A stretch of DNA of 36,735 nt from a virus (Duplodnaviria; Heunggongvirae; Uroviricota; Caudoviricetes), in the IMG/VR virus record IMGVR_UViG_3300045988_080861, positions 1 through 36,735 of that record; one strand, 5' to 3'. Made by a program: the position numbers and the translations under genes. Below the pieces are notes generated by a model. The model did no database searches and had not been told where the DNA came from. It worked only from the letters and a program-made list of their open reading frames with translations. Positions 1 through 7,597 of this stretch are shown here, one piece after another. Position 1 is the first letter of the stretch, and each line of letters begins with the position of its first letter.

Positions 1-7
1 CTCATAG

Positions 8-35
8 ATAAAAAATCGCCCTCACACTGGAGGGC
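8..35 (-). terminator. Putative rho-independent terminator for leftward transcription
   Basis: Hairpin gccctc-N6-gagggc (plus 18-35); on the minus strand it is followed by a T-run (plus 11-15 aaaaa). Lies just downstream of the leftward 66-aa ORF. Confidence 0.35.
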
Positions 36-171
36 AAAGAAGATTTCCAATAATCAGAACAAGTCGGCTCCTGTTTAGTTACGAGCGACATTGCTCCGTG
101 TATTCACTCGTTGGAATGAATACACAGTGCAGTGTTTATTCTGTTATTTATGCCAAAAATAAAGGCCACTA

Positions 172-372
172 TCAGGCAGCTTTGTTGTTCTGTTTACCAA
201 GTTCTCTGGCAATCATTGCCGTCGTTCGTATTGCCCATTTATCGACATATTTCCCATCTTCCATTACAGGAAACATTTCTTCAGGCTTAACCATGCATTC
301 CGATTGCAGCTTGCATCCATTGCATCGTTTGAATTGTCCACACCATTGATTTGTATCAATAGTCGTAGTCAT
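172..372 (-). CDS. Small Cys-rich hypothetical protein (66 aa), early-left operon
   Basis: Six-frame ORF MTTTIDTNQWCGQFKRCNGCKLQSECM...; Cys cluster suggests metal binding. Start overlaps the stop of the upstream 28-aa ORF. The overlapping plus-strand ORF 98-349 was not preferred. Confidence 0.4.
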   Translation of the reverse strand: MTTTIDTNQWCGQFKRCNGCKLQSECMVKPEEMFPVMEDGKYVDKWAIRTTAMIARELGKQNNKAA

Positions 373-442
373 ACGGATAGTCCTGGTATTGTTCCATCAC
401 ATCTTGAGGATGCTCTTCGAACTCTTCAAATTCTTCTTCCAT
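356..442 (-). CDS. Small highly acidic peptide (28 aa), hypothetical
   Basis: Hand translation of minus strand: MEEEFEEFEEHPQDVMEQYQDYPYDYDY. AAGGTGA Shine-Dalgarno about 5 nt upstream of the ATG; 3' end overlaps the start of the 66-aa ORF. Below the ORF-track size cut-off. Confidence 0.3.
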   Translation of the reverse strand: MEEEFEEFEEHPQDVMEQYQDYPYDYDY

Positions 443-585
443 ATATCACCTTAAATAGTGGATTGCGGTAGTAAAGATTGTGCCTGTCTTTTAACCACAT
501 CAGGCTCGGTGGTTCTCGTGTACCCCTACAACGAGAAATCGGATAAACTCTATTCACCCCTACAGAGAGCAAAAGAGAAACGCCG

Positions 586-1167
586 ATGAACAACTCATGG
601 TGGCAGGAACTAATGCATTTTTTCCTGCAAGGAATGACACTTAAACAGTTGATTCATATGCTAATCATCCTGATCATATTGATTATTGTTATGCCGGTAA
701 GCGTAAAAGAATGGATAAACCTGCATAGTCCAGAAATCCTTCCTCATTACTGGATGTATTACATCCTGTTGTTTTGCGTTAGCTATGTGCTTAACGGCGT
801 TGTTAATTCCGCTTATCACGCTGTGACTGAAAGAATTGAGGTATTCGCTGCTCAGAAGCGCAAATCTAAAGAAGAAAAATATGTGCAAGATTTGTTTGAT
901 TCGTTAACTCTTGGAGAAAGAGCGTATTTGGCATTCGCTGTAGCCGCTAATAACCAGCTACAAACGGAAAAGGGCGCTCATGAATCAATTTCATTGCTCA
1001 AAAAAGGACTCCTCGTTCGAAGGCCTCCTGCTGTTGGATATCCTGATACCGACCGTTTCGTTATCCCTGAAAGCTATAGACATGAGTGCTACATTAGGTT
1101 TGCCGGGAAGGCAGACAGCCTTATGGATGAACTTATCGCTCAGGATAAGCATGGCAAAAACAAGTAA
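586..1167 (+). CDS. Putative superinfection exclusion protein B-like membrane protein (193 aa)
   Basis: N-terminal hydrophobic segments (LIHMLIILIILIIVMPV; YWMYYILLFCVSYVLNGVV), soluble C-terminal part, and opposite orientation beside N in the early-left region, as for sieB in lambda and P22. Assignment by architecture and position only. Confidence 0.45.
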   Translation: MNNSWWQELMHFFLQGMTLKQLIHMLIILIILIIVMPVSVKEWINLHSPEILPHYWMYYILLFCVSYVLNGVVNSAYHAVTERIEVFAAQKRKSKEEKYVQDLFDSLTLGERAYLAFAVAANNQLQTEKGAHESISLLKKGLLVRRPPAVGYPDTDRFVIPESYRHECYIRFAGKADSLMDELIAQDKHGKNK

Positions 1168-1183
1168 TTAGCAAATGAATTTA

Positions 1184-1456
1184 TCATCTCGCCGTCAGTT
1201 GTTTTGATTTCCGGTAGCCTGCCGCGTAAAGAGCTACGTTCGGAAGACAAGTTGAACCTTCATATTTTCTGGTCAACGTTGTCAGAGTTATCACTTCTGC
1301 TCTCATTGCTGGTTTGAGCTTGCATTGCAAGACCACTCGTGAAGGGGTTGGCCTGTGTAGCTTGTCGGAGCTGATCGCCTCCTGACTTTGCAGATTTGCG
1401 CGACGAGCTCTACGGCGAGAAGCTGCGGTGCCTTTAAATTCTGTTTTTCTGGACAT
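1184..1456 (-). CDS. N: Antitermination protein N (arginine-rich motif family)
   Basis: From internal Met: MSRKTEFKGTAASRRRARRANLQ... is an arginine-rich motif resembling lambda, P22 and phage 21 N N-termini. GGGAGG Shine-Dalgarno upstream on the minus strand; nut-like sites lie upstream. Confidence 0.55.
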   Translation of the reverse strand: MSRKTEFKGTAASRRRARRANLQSQEAISSDKLHRPTPSRVVLQCKLKPAMRAEVITLTTLTRKYEGSTCLPNVALYAAGYRKSKQLTAR

Positions 1457-1553
1457 GGATTCCTCCCGAATAAACTTTGGCGATGCAATCTCGAAGCTCC
1501 TCCTGAGACGGTTGCTTCGGCATTGCATCCCACAGCTTATGTGGTTGGGTGAT

Positions 1554-1600
1554 CTGGCTTTTCAGCCACGTAGTCGAGAGTCGACGTTGTTTAAAGAGCC
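1554..1600 (-). promoter_or_regulatory. Putative nutL (boxA-like plus boxB hairpin)
   Basis: Minus-strand reading gives GGCTCTTTAA (boxA-like, plus 1591-1600) then, about 24 nt later, hairpin TGGCT-GAAA-AGCCA (plus 1554-1567). The same GCTGAAAAGC core and spacing occur at the putative nutR. Confidence 0.45.
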
Positions 1601-1860
1601 TGCCAGTCTGTTCCATTTGGCTTCCAGCGTCCTGCTGACGGTTAAATAGTACGATATGTACTTTACAAGATCAATACAATTTGTTGTAAGTTGGCGTGGT
1701 TTTTTATAACGCTTTGTATTTAATAGTGTTGTTTTTTAGCGTGGATGTATTGCCTCGGCGATGTAAGGAGAGATCAGAATTGCGTGGTTTAGTGGGTTGC
1801 ATCTATTTATTTTTCAATAAATATAATTGGTTATGTGTTTTTAGGTGGGCGAACGTGAGG

Positions 1861-1887
1861 CAAAGAAAACCCGGCGCTGAGGCCGGG
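1861..1887 (-). terminator. Rho-independent terminator ending the cI-downstream operon
   Basis: Minus-strand hairpin cccggc-N6-gccggg (plus 1870-1887) followed by ttttcttt (plus 1861-1869), 5 nt after the stop of the 250-aa ORF. Analogous in position to a terminator between rexB and pL. Confidence 0.55.
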
Positions 1888-1892
1888 TTGTA

Positions 1893-2645
1893 TTATGCTG
1901 CAAGTCTCTTAACCCAAGTCTCTCTTTTGGAGAATGGTAGAACTTGGCTTGATTCATGGAAGAGTAAGGAGAGTTGTTGCATTTGATCACCAATTGCTTC
2001 GCTGTCTATAACAACAAATCTGTTGTTATACTCCTCACTTGAAGCTTTAAGATCAATTAGTTTCCCAAGCAATGAGTAAGCACTATTCCAGCTTCCTCCG
2101 TGTTTCACGCTTGATGTAAAAACGTATTTAGGTATGTCGGTTTTTATTGTTACAGGGACGGTAATTTGATGTCCACTCAAGCCATATACGTTTTCACGAA
2201 GAGAAAGTGCGTCTCTAAGCTCTGTGTGATATAGATAATCAATAACCATACTTTCAAACTTTTCAGCTTGAACTGGCTGATACCAGTCTAACGACAAAGT
2301 TGATGCGAGTATACCAGCTCTAATTATGTTCGATGTAATCGCACCGACATCCTTTTCTGTTGCCCAAGCAATGATTTCTCCTCGAGCATTGAGTTCTGCG
2401 CCTTCTTTAAGCAGTAATTGTCGTATCTCATCAAGTCGTTTTTTGGTAAGCGAGATCCCTCTTGCCTCCATATTCATTAAGGCATCGCATCTGTCACTAA
2501 CTAAATACCTACCATTGACTTCACGGATAAAGGCACCGACATGCTCTCCATCATCACAGTAAGTGAATGGACTGATAATTCTCAAGGTCTTGCCTATTGG
2601 ATGGCATTCGAAACCTAGTTGTGAGATCACTGTTGAGCACATCAT
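1893..2645 (-). CDS. Hypothetical protein (250 aa), second gene of cI-downstream accessory cassette
   Basis: Six-frame ORF MMCSTVISQLGFECHPIGKTLRI...; ATG overlaps the stop of the upstream 185-aa ORF by 4 nt. AT-rich relative to the late region. No family recognised. Confidence 0.6.
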   Translation of the reverse strand: MMCSTVISQLGFECHPIGKTLRIISPFTYCDDGEHVGAFIREVNGRYLVSDRCDALMNMEARGISLTKKRLDEIRQLLLKEGAELNARGEIIAWATEKDVGAITSNIIRAGILASTLSLDWYQPVQAEKFESMVIDYLYHTELRDALSLRENVYGLSGHQITVPVTIKTDIPKYVFTSSVKHGGSWNSAYSLLGKLIDLKASSEEYNNRFVVIDSEAIGDQMQQLSLLFHESSQVLPFSKRETWVKRLAA

Positions 2646-3199
2646 ATTCCAAACCCCATTTGCCCCGACTCATCTTCAAGCGGTAAAGGTATTCTCCCAG
2701 AGTAAGTTATGTTCAGATGTTTACAGAAGTAATTCCAATACCCTACCAGGTCATCTGGGTTTATGTCATCTTCGATTGGAAACGCTATTCTATCACTATA
2801 GTATCCAGCTTCTTCATAGTATACATGGTAGTGAGCACCGTAAATGATATCTTGGTACTTCGGATGATCGACCTTGTAACTATTCGTGTGTTTGTCAAAG
2901 TGATAGGTATCTACCGCGAAAACCCTCTTGTTATGATAGAAAGCAATAATATTTATTTTAGGGTAAGAAATCGGGTCATCAGGTTCTGAATCCTGATCTG
3001 GTTTCCATTTCAGTTCAAACTTTAGCCCTTGTATAGGTATACAATCCTCATCCAAGGGGATGATATGGGCTTGTAGCCACATATCAGAGCGACTTGGTTT
3101 CTGTTTCCATTTAACGCCAGAAAAGTTAACTATTTTTTTACAATAAAGTACTTTATCAACTTCTACTTGGCTTGGCTGATAATCATCTATTTTTGCCAA
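2642..3199 (-). CDS. Hypothetical protein (185 aa), first gene of cI-downstream accessory cassette
   Basis: Six-frame ORF MAKIDDYQPSQVEVDKV..., rich in Tyr/His/Asp; apparent TTG start 37 nt downstream of the cI stop. No family recognised. Confidence 0.55.
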   Translation of the reverse strand: MAKIDDYQPSQVEVDKVLYCKKIVNFSGVKWKQKPSRSDMWLQAHIIPLDEDCIPIQGLKFELKWKPDQDSEPDDPISYPKINIIAFYHNKRVFAVDTYHFDKHTNSYKVDHPKYQDIIYGAHYHVYYEEAGYYSDRIAFPIEDDINPDDLVGYWNYFCKHLNITYSGRIPLPLEDESGQMGFGI

Positions 3200-3238
3200 T
3201 GTTTACCGCCCTGTAAATTGTAGATAAAAGTGGTTTCA

Positions 3239-3898
3239 TCACCCAAACGTCTCTTCAGGCCATTGGCTGGCGATAACTTTCCCCACAACGGAACAACTCT
3301 CATTGCATGGGATCATTGGGTATTGTGGGTTTAGTGGCTGTAGAAACACCTGACCGCTATCCCTGATCAGTTTCTTGAAGGTAAATTCATCACCACCAAG
3401 TCTGGCTATGCAGAAATCGCCGGGCTCAACAGCTTGCTCAGGGTCAACCAGAATTAACATCCCGTCAGGAAAGCTGGGTTTGGAACCTGTTGGTGCGGTC
3501 ATTGAGTTACCTTCAACCTCAAGCCAGAATGCAGAGTCACTGGCTTTTTTGGTTGTGCTTACCAATCTCTCCGCATCGCCTTTGGTAAAGGTTCTGAGTT
3601 CTGGAGAGAACATCCCAGCCTGAACATGAGAAAAAACAGGGTACTCATATTGTTTTTTAACTGGGGCCGATGAGTATTCGCCAACAGGTGAAAATGTCCC
3701 GTCGTGGTTGAATGATATGTTATCAATACCAAGGTATTTAAACACCACACCAATATCACTAAGAGATGGATGACGAGATCCGCGCAACCAGTGTCCAATC
3801 CCACCCTGCGTCATACCTAGCTCTTCGGCTAACTTCTCTTGAGTTATGCCGAGCTCTTTCATTCTGGATCTAGCCAGTTCATACCATTTCATTTTCAT
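3239..3898 (-). CDS. cI: CI-type prophage repressor (HTH N-terminal domain plus S24 LexA-like autocleavage domain)
   Basis: C-terminal half ([22 protein letters not shown]...[14 protein letters not shown]) matches the lambda cI C-terminal domain as I recall it; N-terminal HTH region differs. Start placed at MKMKW with AAGGA Shine-Dalgarno; the ORF track allows an upstream start at 3940. Confidence 0.85.
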   Translation of the reverse strand: MKMKWYELARSRMKELGITQEKLAEELGMTQGGIGHWLRGSRHPSLSDIGVVFKYLGIDNISFNHDGTFSPVGEYSSAPVKKQYEYPVFSHVQAGMFSPELRTFTKGDAERLVSTTKKASDSAFWLEVEGNSMTAPTGSKPSFPDGMLILVDPEQAVEPGDFCIARLGGDEFTFKKLIRDSGQVFLQPLNPQYPMIPCNESCSVVGKVIASQWPEETFG

Positions 3899-4009
3899 GT
3901 CCTTATTATTACGCTCTGTACTGGAACCATCCATGCACAATGTGTATTTTTACTTGTATTCGCAAAGTACATATTGTATTTTTTTATTCGTGTTTACTAT
4001 GGAGGGCAT
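3899..4009. promoter_or_regulatory. Putative oR/pRM/pR divergent promoter-operator region
   Basis: 111-bp intergenic region between divergent cI and cro. TGTATT recurs at 3943, 3955 and 3975; the reverse complement AATACAA occurs in the putative pL region (1673-1679). Individual operators not resolved. Confidence 0.4.
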
Positions 4010-4225
4010 ATGAGCAACCTACGAAAATATCGAGAGTCACTGAATATCTCTCAAACAACACTTGCTAAGGCAGTTGGATGCACACAGGGAGCTATCGGAC
4101 ATTGGGAATCTGGTCGTCGCTTCCCAGACCTTAAAACATGCCGTGCTCTTGTTGCGTGCCTAAACAAGTTAGGCGCAAAAGTCAGTCTTGATGACGTGTT
4201 CCCGCCGGAACACAAAGCCGCTTAA
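4010..4225 (+). CDS. cro: Cro-like HTH regulator (71 aa)
   Basis: MSNLRKYRESLNISQTTLAKAVGCTQGAIGHWESG... is an HTH motif; GGAGGG Shine-Dalgarno before ATG 4010; divergent from cI. Confidence 0.7.
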   Translation: MSNLRKYRESLNISQTTLAKAVGCTQGAIGHWESGRRFPDLKTCRALVACLNKLGAKVSLDDVFPPEHKAA

Positions 4226-4235
4226 TAAGCGGATC

Positions 4236-4281
4236 CGCTCTTTGTAACAACGGACATTCGTCCTACGTCGCTGAAAAGCGA
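4236..4281 (+). promoter_or_regulatory. Putative nutR (boxA CGCTCTTTG plus boxB hairpin)
   Basis: CGCTCTTTG at 4236-4244 close to the boxA consensus; hairpin TCGCTGAAAAGCGA at 4268-4281 shares the GCTGAAAAGC core with the nutL candidate. Confidence 0.5.
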
Positions 4282-4366
4282 GTTCCAAGATATCTGACCA
4301 ACTAAGGCCATATGCGTTTCCACGCATACCTTTCAACTAACTATTCACTATTGGAAATCTTAAGAA

Positions 4367-4663
4367 ATGGAAAGAACAAGTTACAGCAAACTATCACAGC
4401 GTGACGTTGATCGCGCAGAAACAGATTTACTTATCAATCTGTCAGCTATTACCCAGCGCGGTCTGGCAAAGATGATTGGCTGTCATGAATCGAAGATAAG
4501 CAGAACGGACTGGAGATTTATTGCTTCGGTCTTGTGTGCTTTCGGAATGGCATCAGACATCAGTCCGATTAGCAGGGCTTTTAAGTATGCGCTTGATGGA
4601 CTCACCAATAAAAAACGCCCGGCGGCAACCGAGCGTTCTGAACAAATCCAGATGGATTTTTAA
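4367..4663 (+). CDS. cII: CII-like transcriptional activator
   Basis: C-terminus TNKKRPAATERSEQIQMDF is near-identical to the lambda cII C-terminus as recalled; the upstream part is diverged but HTH-like. Positioned right of cro. Confidence 0.8.
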   Translation: MERTSYSKLSQRDVDRAETDLLINLSAITQRGLAKMIGCHESKISRTDWRFIASVLCAFGMASDISPISRAFKYALDGLTNKKRPAATERSEQIQMDF

Positions 4664-4684
4664 CTGCTTTCTATGGAGTTAATT

Positions 4685-5485
4685 ATGGCAAAAAAACCTA
4701 CACCAGACCAGGTAAAAAAGATTCGTTCCGGCATTACCAAGAAAATACGGTTTGAGGTTTTCAAGCGCGATGGCTTCAAATGCCAGTACTGTGGGAGTTC
4801 TGCGCCAGACGTCATCCTTCATGTCGACCATATCAACCCAGTTAGCAAGGGTGGCGATAACGACATGATGAACCTTATTACTTCTTGCGATAGTTGTAAT
4901 GGCGGGAAAAGCGACAAACTGCTCAGCGATAACTCAATAATGGAAAAGCAAAGGCAGCAACTCCAGGAACTTAATACCAAGCGAGAGCAACTGGAGATGA
5001 TGATCAAGTGGCGAGATGGTCTTAAGAGCCTGAAAGACGATGTTGTTGATATTGTCGCTACCAAAATTGACGACTGCATTGCACCATTTACTGTTAATGA
5101 CAATGGGCGAAAATCTATCAAGAGATGGCTTCGAATATATAAGCTTGAAGAAATCCTCGATGCGATTGAGATTGCCGCAGATAAAAAACTCACCCAAGAA
5201 ATAACCCATGAGCTTACTGGTGAATTCTTTGAGTACATCCCTCGCATAGCAGCGACAAAAAGAAAACCGCCAAAAGAACAAAGGATTCTATACATCAGAG
5301 GAATCCTTAAAAACCGCATATATATCAATCAAAACCATGTAATGAGTTATCTCAAGGCATGGCTTTCATACGACTTAGATCTCGATGAACTTACTGAGTT
5401 TGCGAAAACAGTACCTAACTGGACAACGTTCAAGGAGTGGGTATCTGAACGCATTCGTGAAGCTCAGGAAGAACTCCCGTACTAA
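4685..5485 (+). CDS. HNH endonuclease domain protein (266 aa)
   Basis: HNH motif region CQYCGSSAPDVILHVDHINPVSKGGDNDMMNLITSCDSCN. Start chosen at MAKKPT with GGAG Shine-Dalgarno; the ORF track start is 4673. Confidence 0.7.
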   Translation: MAKKPTPDQVKKIRSGITKKIRFEVFKRDGFKCQYCGSSAPDVILHVDHINPVSKGGDNDMMNLITSCDSCNGGKSDKLLSDNSIMEKQRQQLQELNTKREQLEMMIKWRDGLKSLKDDVVDIVATKIDDCIAPFTVNDNGRKSIKRWLRIYKLEEILDAIEIAADKKLTQEITHELTGEFFEYIPRIAATKRKPPKEQRILYIRGILKNRIYINQNHVMSYLKAWLSYDLDLDELTEFAKTVPNWTTFKEWVSERIREAQEELPY

Positions 5486-5496
5486 AGGTGGACAAA

Positions 5497-6384
5497 ATGG
5501 CACGTTCAAGAAATATCAAACCAGGCTTTTTCACCAATGATGAATTAGCTGAGTGTTCTCCATATGCCCGTCTCCTTTTTGCCGGGTTATGGACTATTGC
5601 TGACAAAGAAGGGCGGTTGGATGATCGCCCAAAGAAAATTAAAGCAATGGTACTGCCTTTCGATGATGTGGACTGCAATGATCTGCTTCAGCAGCTTCAC
5701 AGTCACAAATTCATCAACCGATATCAGGTAAATGGCGGCTCATATATCCAAATCAATAACTGGAAAAAGCACCAGAACCCTCACTGCAAAGAAGCAGCCA
5801 GTGAGATACCAGAACCAGTAGAGAACAATAACAGCACCATGCAAGTACAGTGCAAGGACGATAAAGAGGAAGAGAAGGAGGATGCCGAATCACTACAAGT
5901 CATTGAAAACAATGGAGCACCAGAAAAGCACCATGCAAGTACAGTGCAAGAACCAGTAGAGAACAGTTTAAATCCTGCTGATTCCCTTAACCTGATTCCT
6001 GATTCCCTTAACCTGATTCCTGATTCCCTTTCTAACACCCAAGCCGCTGACGCGACTTGTGAAGGGGGTGGGGCTGATGTCCATAAAATTTCAAGTCGCT
6101 ATGCATTCGAAGGAAATATCGTTCGGTTAAACCACAAGGACTACGAAGCATGGAAGCGCCTGTATCCGAACATTGACCTGAATTACGAACTGGAAAGGCT
6201 GGATATCGAATTTAGCCATGAGAAGCCAAAGAACTGGTTTATCACTGCCAGCCAGAAACTCAGCTACCAGAACAAGCAGGCGTTATCCAGACCGGTACGC
6301 AAGGTTGCTAATGGACTTAAGGCTGAAAACTTTGCCACCAAAGATTACGGACAAACTGAAATGCCTTCATGGGCGCAGGAGTGA
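5497..6384 (+). CDS. Replication initiation protein, lambda O-like role (replisome organiser N-terminal domain)
   Basis: N-terminus MARSRNIKPGFFTNDELAECSPYARLLFAGLWTIADKEGRL resembles phage replisome-organiser domains; contains internal direct DNA repeats; followed by a helicase-loader gene. Confidence 0.65.
   Translation: MARSRNIKPGFFTNDELAECSPYARLLFAGLWTIADKEGRLDDRPKKIKAMVLPFDDVDCNDLLQQLHSHKFINRYQVNGGSYIQINNWKKHQNPHCKEAASEIPEPVENNNSTMQVQCKDDKEEEKEDAESLQVIENNGAPEKHHASTVQEPVENSLNPADSLNLIPDSLNLIPDSLSNTQAADATCEGGGADVHKISSRYAFEGNIVRLNHKDYEAWKRLYPNIDLNYELERLDIEFSHEKPKNWFITASQKLSYQNKQALSRPVRKVANGLKAENFATKDYGQTEMPSWAQE
5807..6033 (+). repeat. Iteron-like direct repeats inside the replication initiator gene (putative ori)
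   Basis: Tandem CTGATTCCCTTAACCTGATTC units at 5978-6031 (encoding DSLNLIP repeats) plus duplicated accatgcaagtacagtgcaag and gaaccagtagagaaca blocks between 5807 and 5966. Confidence 0.5.
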
Positions 6385-6386
6385 AC

Positions 6387-7232
6387 ATGACGCTGGATGA
6401 AAAGATCTCGCAACTGGAGAAAAAACTTGCAGAATTGAGTTCTCCGCCAATTGCTATCGAGCATACAGCTGTAGAAATTGGCACTGGCATCTGTGAAAAA
6501 CATGGTGAGTTTGAGCAGCGTAACCGTTATTCGACAGGGACAATTAAGTTTGCCTCAAGACCTAGCGAATGCCCGGAATGCATGAGAGATGAGCTTATTC
6601 GGCTACAGGCAGAGAAGATTAAAATCGACGAAGAATCACGTAAGCGCAATGTCGAGTTTCTGTTGAATAATCTTGATATTCCTGAACGATTCAAGGGTTG
6701 CACACTACAGAACTACGAGCCAGTCAACGACGATGCAAAGAGAGTGCTCAGGGTGTGTCAGGCATACGCCAGCAAATGGCCTGAGAGGTTACAGAAAGGC
6801 GGTGGGCTGGTTATGTGTGGAAAGCCTGGTACTGGAAAGAATCATCTTGCACTGGCTATCGCCCGGCACGCAATTACGGAACATCAAAGCTCAGCTATTT
6901 TCACAACGGCGCTGAAAATTGCCAGAGAATATAAATCAACATGGTCGAAAAACTCCACCCGCACAGAGGATGAAGTGATCCGACAGTTCACTAAACCTGA
7001 CCTGCTAATTATCGATGAGGTTGGTGTGCAGTTTGGAAGCGAGGCGGAAAAGATGATCATGTTCGAAATCATCAACACCCGCTACGAGCGCATGAAGCCA
7101 ACAATCCTGATTAGCAACCAGAGCAAAGATGAACTTTCGGCATTCATTGGTGAGCGTGTTATTGACAGGATGAATGATGGCGGCGGATGCACCCTTGCGT
7201 TTACATGGGATAGTTACAGGAGCAGATCGTGA
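6387..7232 (+). CDS. DnaC/IstB-like AAA+ helicase loader
   Basis: Walker A MCGKPGTGKNHLALAIA and Walker B LLIIDEVG; N-terminal Cys pairs (CEKHG...CPEC). AGGAG Shine-Dalgarno before ATG 6387. Confidence 0.75.
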   Translation: MTLDEKISQLEKKLAELSSPPIAIEHTAVEIGTGICEKHGEFEQRNRYSTGTIKFASRPSECPECMRDELIRLQAEKIKIDEESRKRNVEFLLNNLDIPERFKGCTLQNYEPVNDDAKRVLRVCQAYASKWPERLQKGGGLVMCGKPGTGKNHLALAIARHAITEHQSSAIFTTALKIAREYKSTWSKNSTRTEDEVIRQFTKPDLLIIDEVGVQFGSEAEKMIMFEIINTRYERMKPTILISNQSKDELSAFIGERVIDRMNDGGGCTLAFTWDSYRSRS

Positions 7233-7519
7233 CTGGAAAAGAAATCATCCTGGAATATCTGAAAACTCATGAACAATTCTCCCCACATGAATTAGCTCTG
7301 ATCACCGGAATACCAAATAACAGAATCGCTCAAGCAGCAAGGCATATGGTGAAACAAGGGCATTTGAGTGTTGTTGAGCGTAAGTGGAAGACGGTTATTT
7401 ATGCAAAACGCAAAGTGAAGAAGGAGCCAATTAAAAGAAATCCAGATGGTACGGGATGGGGATGTGCAAATCCAATGACGGCGTTTATTAATAGGGCGCT
7501 TATGGAGGTAAGGCAATGA
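7229..7519 (+). CDS. Hypothetical small protein (96 aa), possible winged-helix DNA-binding
   Basis: GTG start overlapping the upstream stop (GTGA); ORF MTGKEIILEYLKTHEQFSPHELALITGIPNNRIAQ... Confidence 0.45.
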   Translation: MTGKEIILEYLKTHEQFSPHELALITGIPNNRIAQAARHMVKQGHLSVVERKWKTVIYAKRKVKKEPIKRNPDGTGWGCANPMTAFINRALMEVRQ

Positions 7520-7597
7520 CCATCTACATCACTGAGCTAATAGCAGGGTTATCGTTACTAATGGTTCTTACTGTATATATTATTAAGTATATTCTTT

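Noticed and set aside
98..349. 83-aa plus-strand ORF overlapping the 66-aa minus-strand ORF
   Set aside because: The minus-strand ORF is translationally coupled to an upstream peptide with a strong Shine-Dalgarno and fits the leftward early operon; the plus-strand ORF has no such support.
4819..5328. 169-aa and 115-aa minus-strand ORFs inside the first HNH gene
   Set aside because: Shadow ORFs on the opposite strand of a gene with a clear HNH motif; low-complexity Ser/Leu-rich translations.
5978..6031. Short tandem repeats resembling a small repeat array
   Set aside because: Only about 2.5 units, in-frame within a coding sequence, with no spacers; interpreted as origin iterons, not a CRISPR array.
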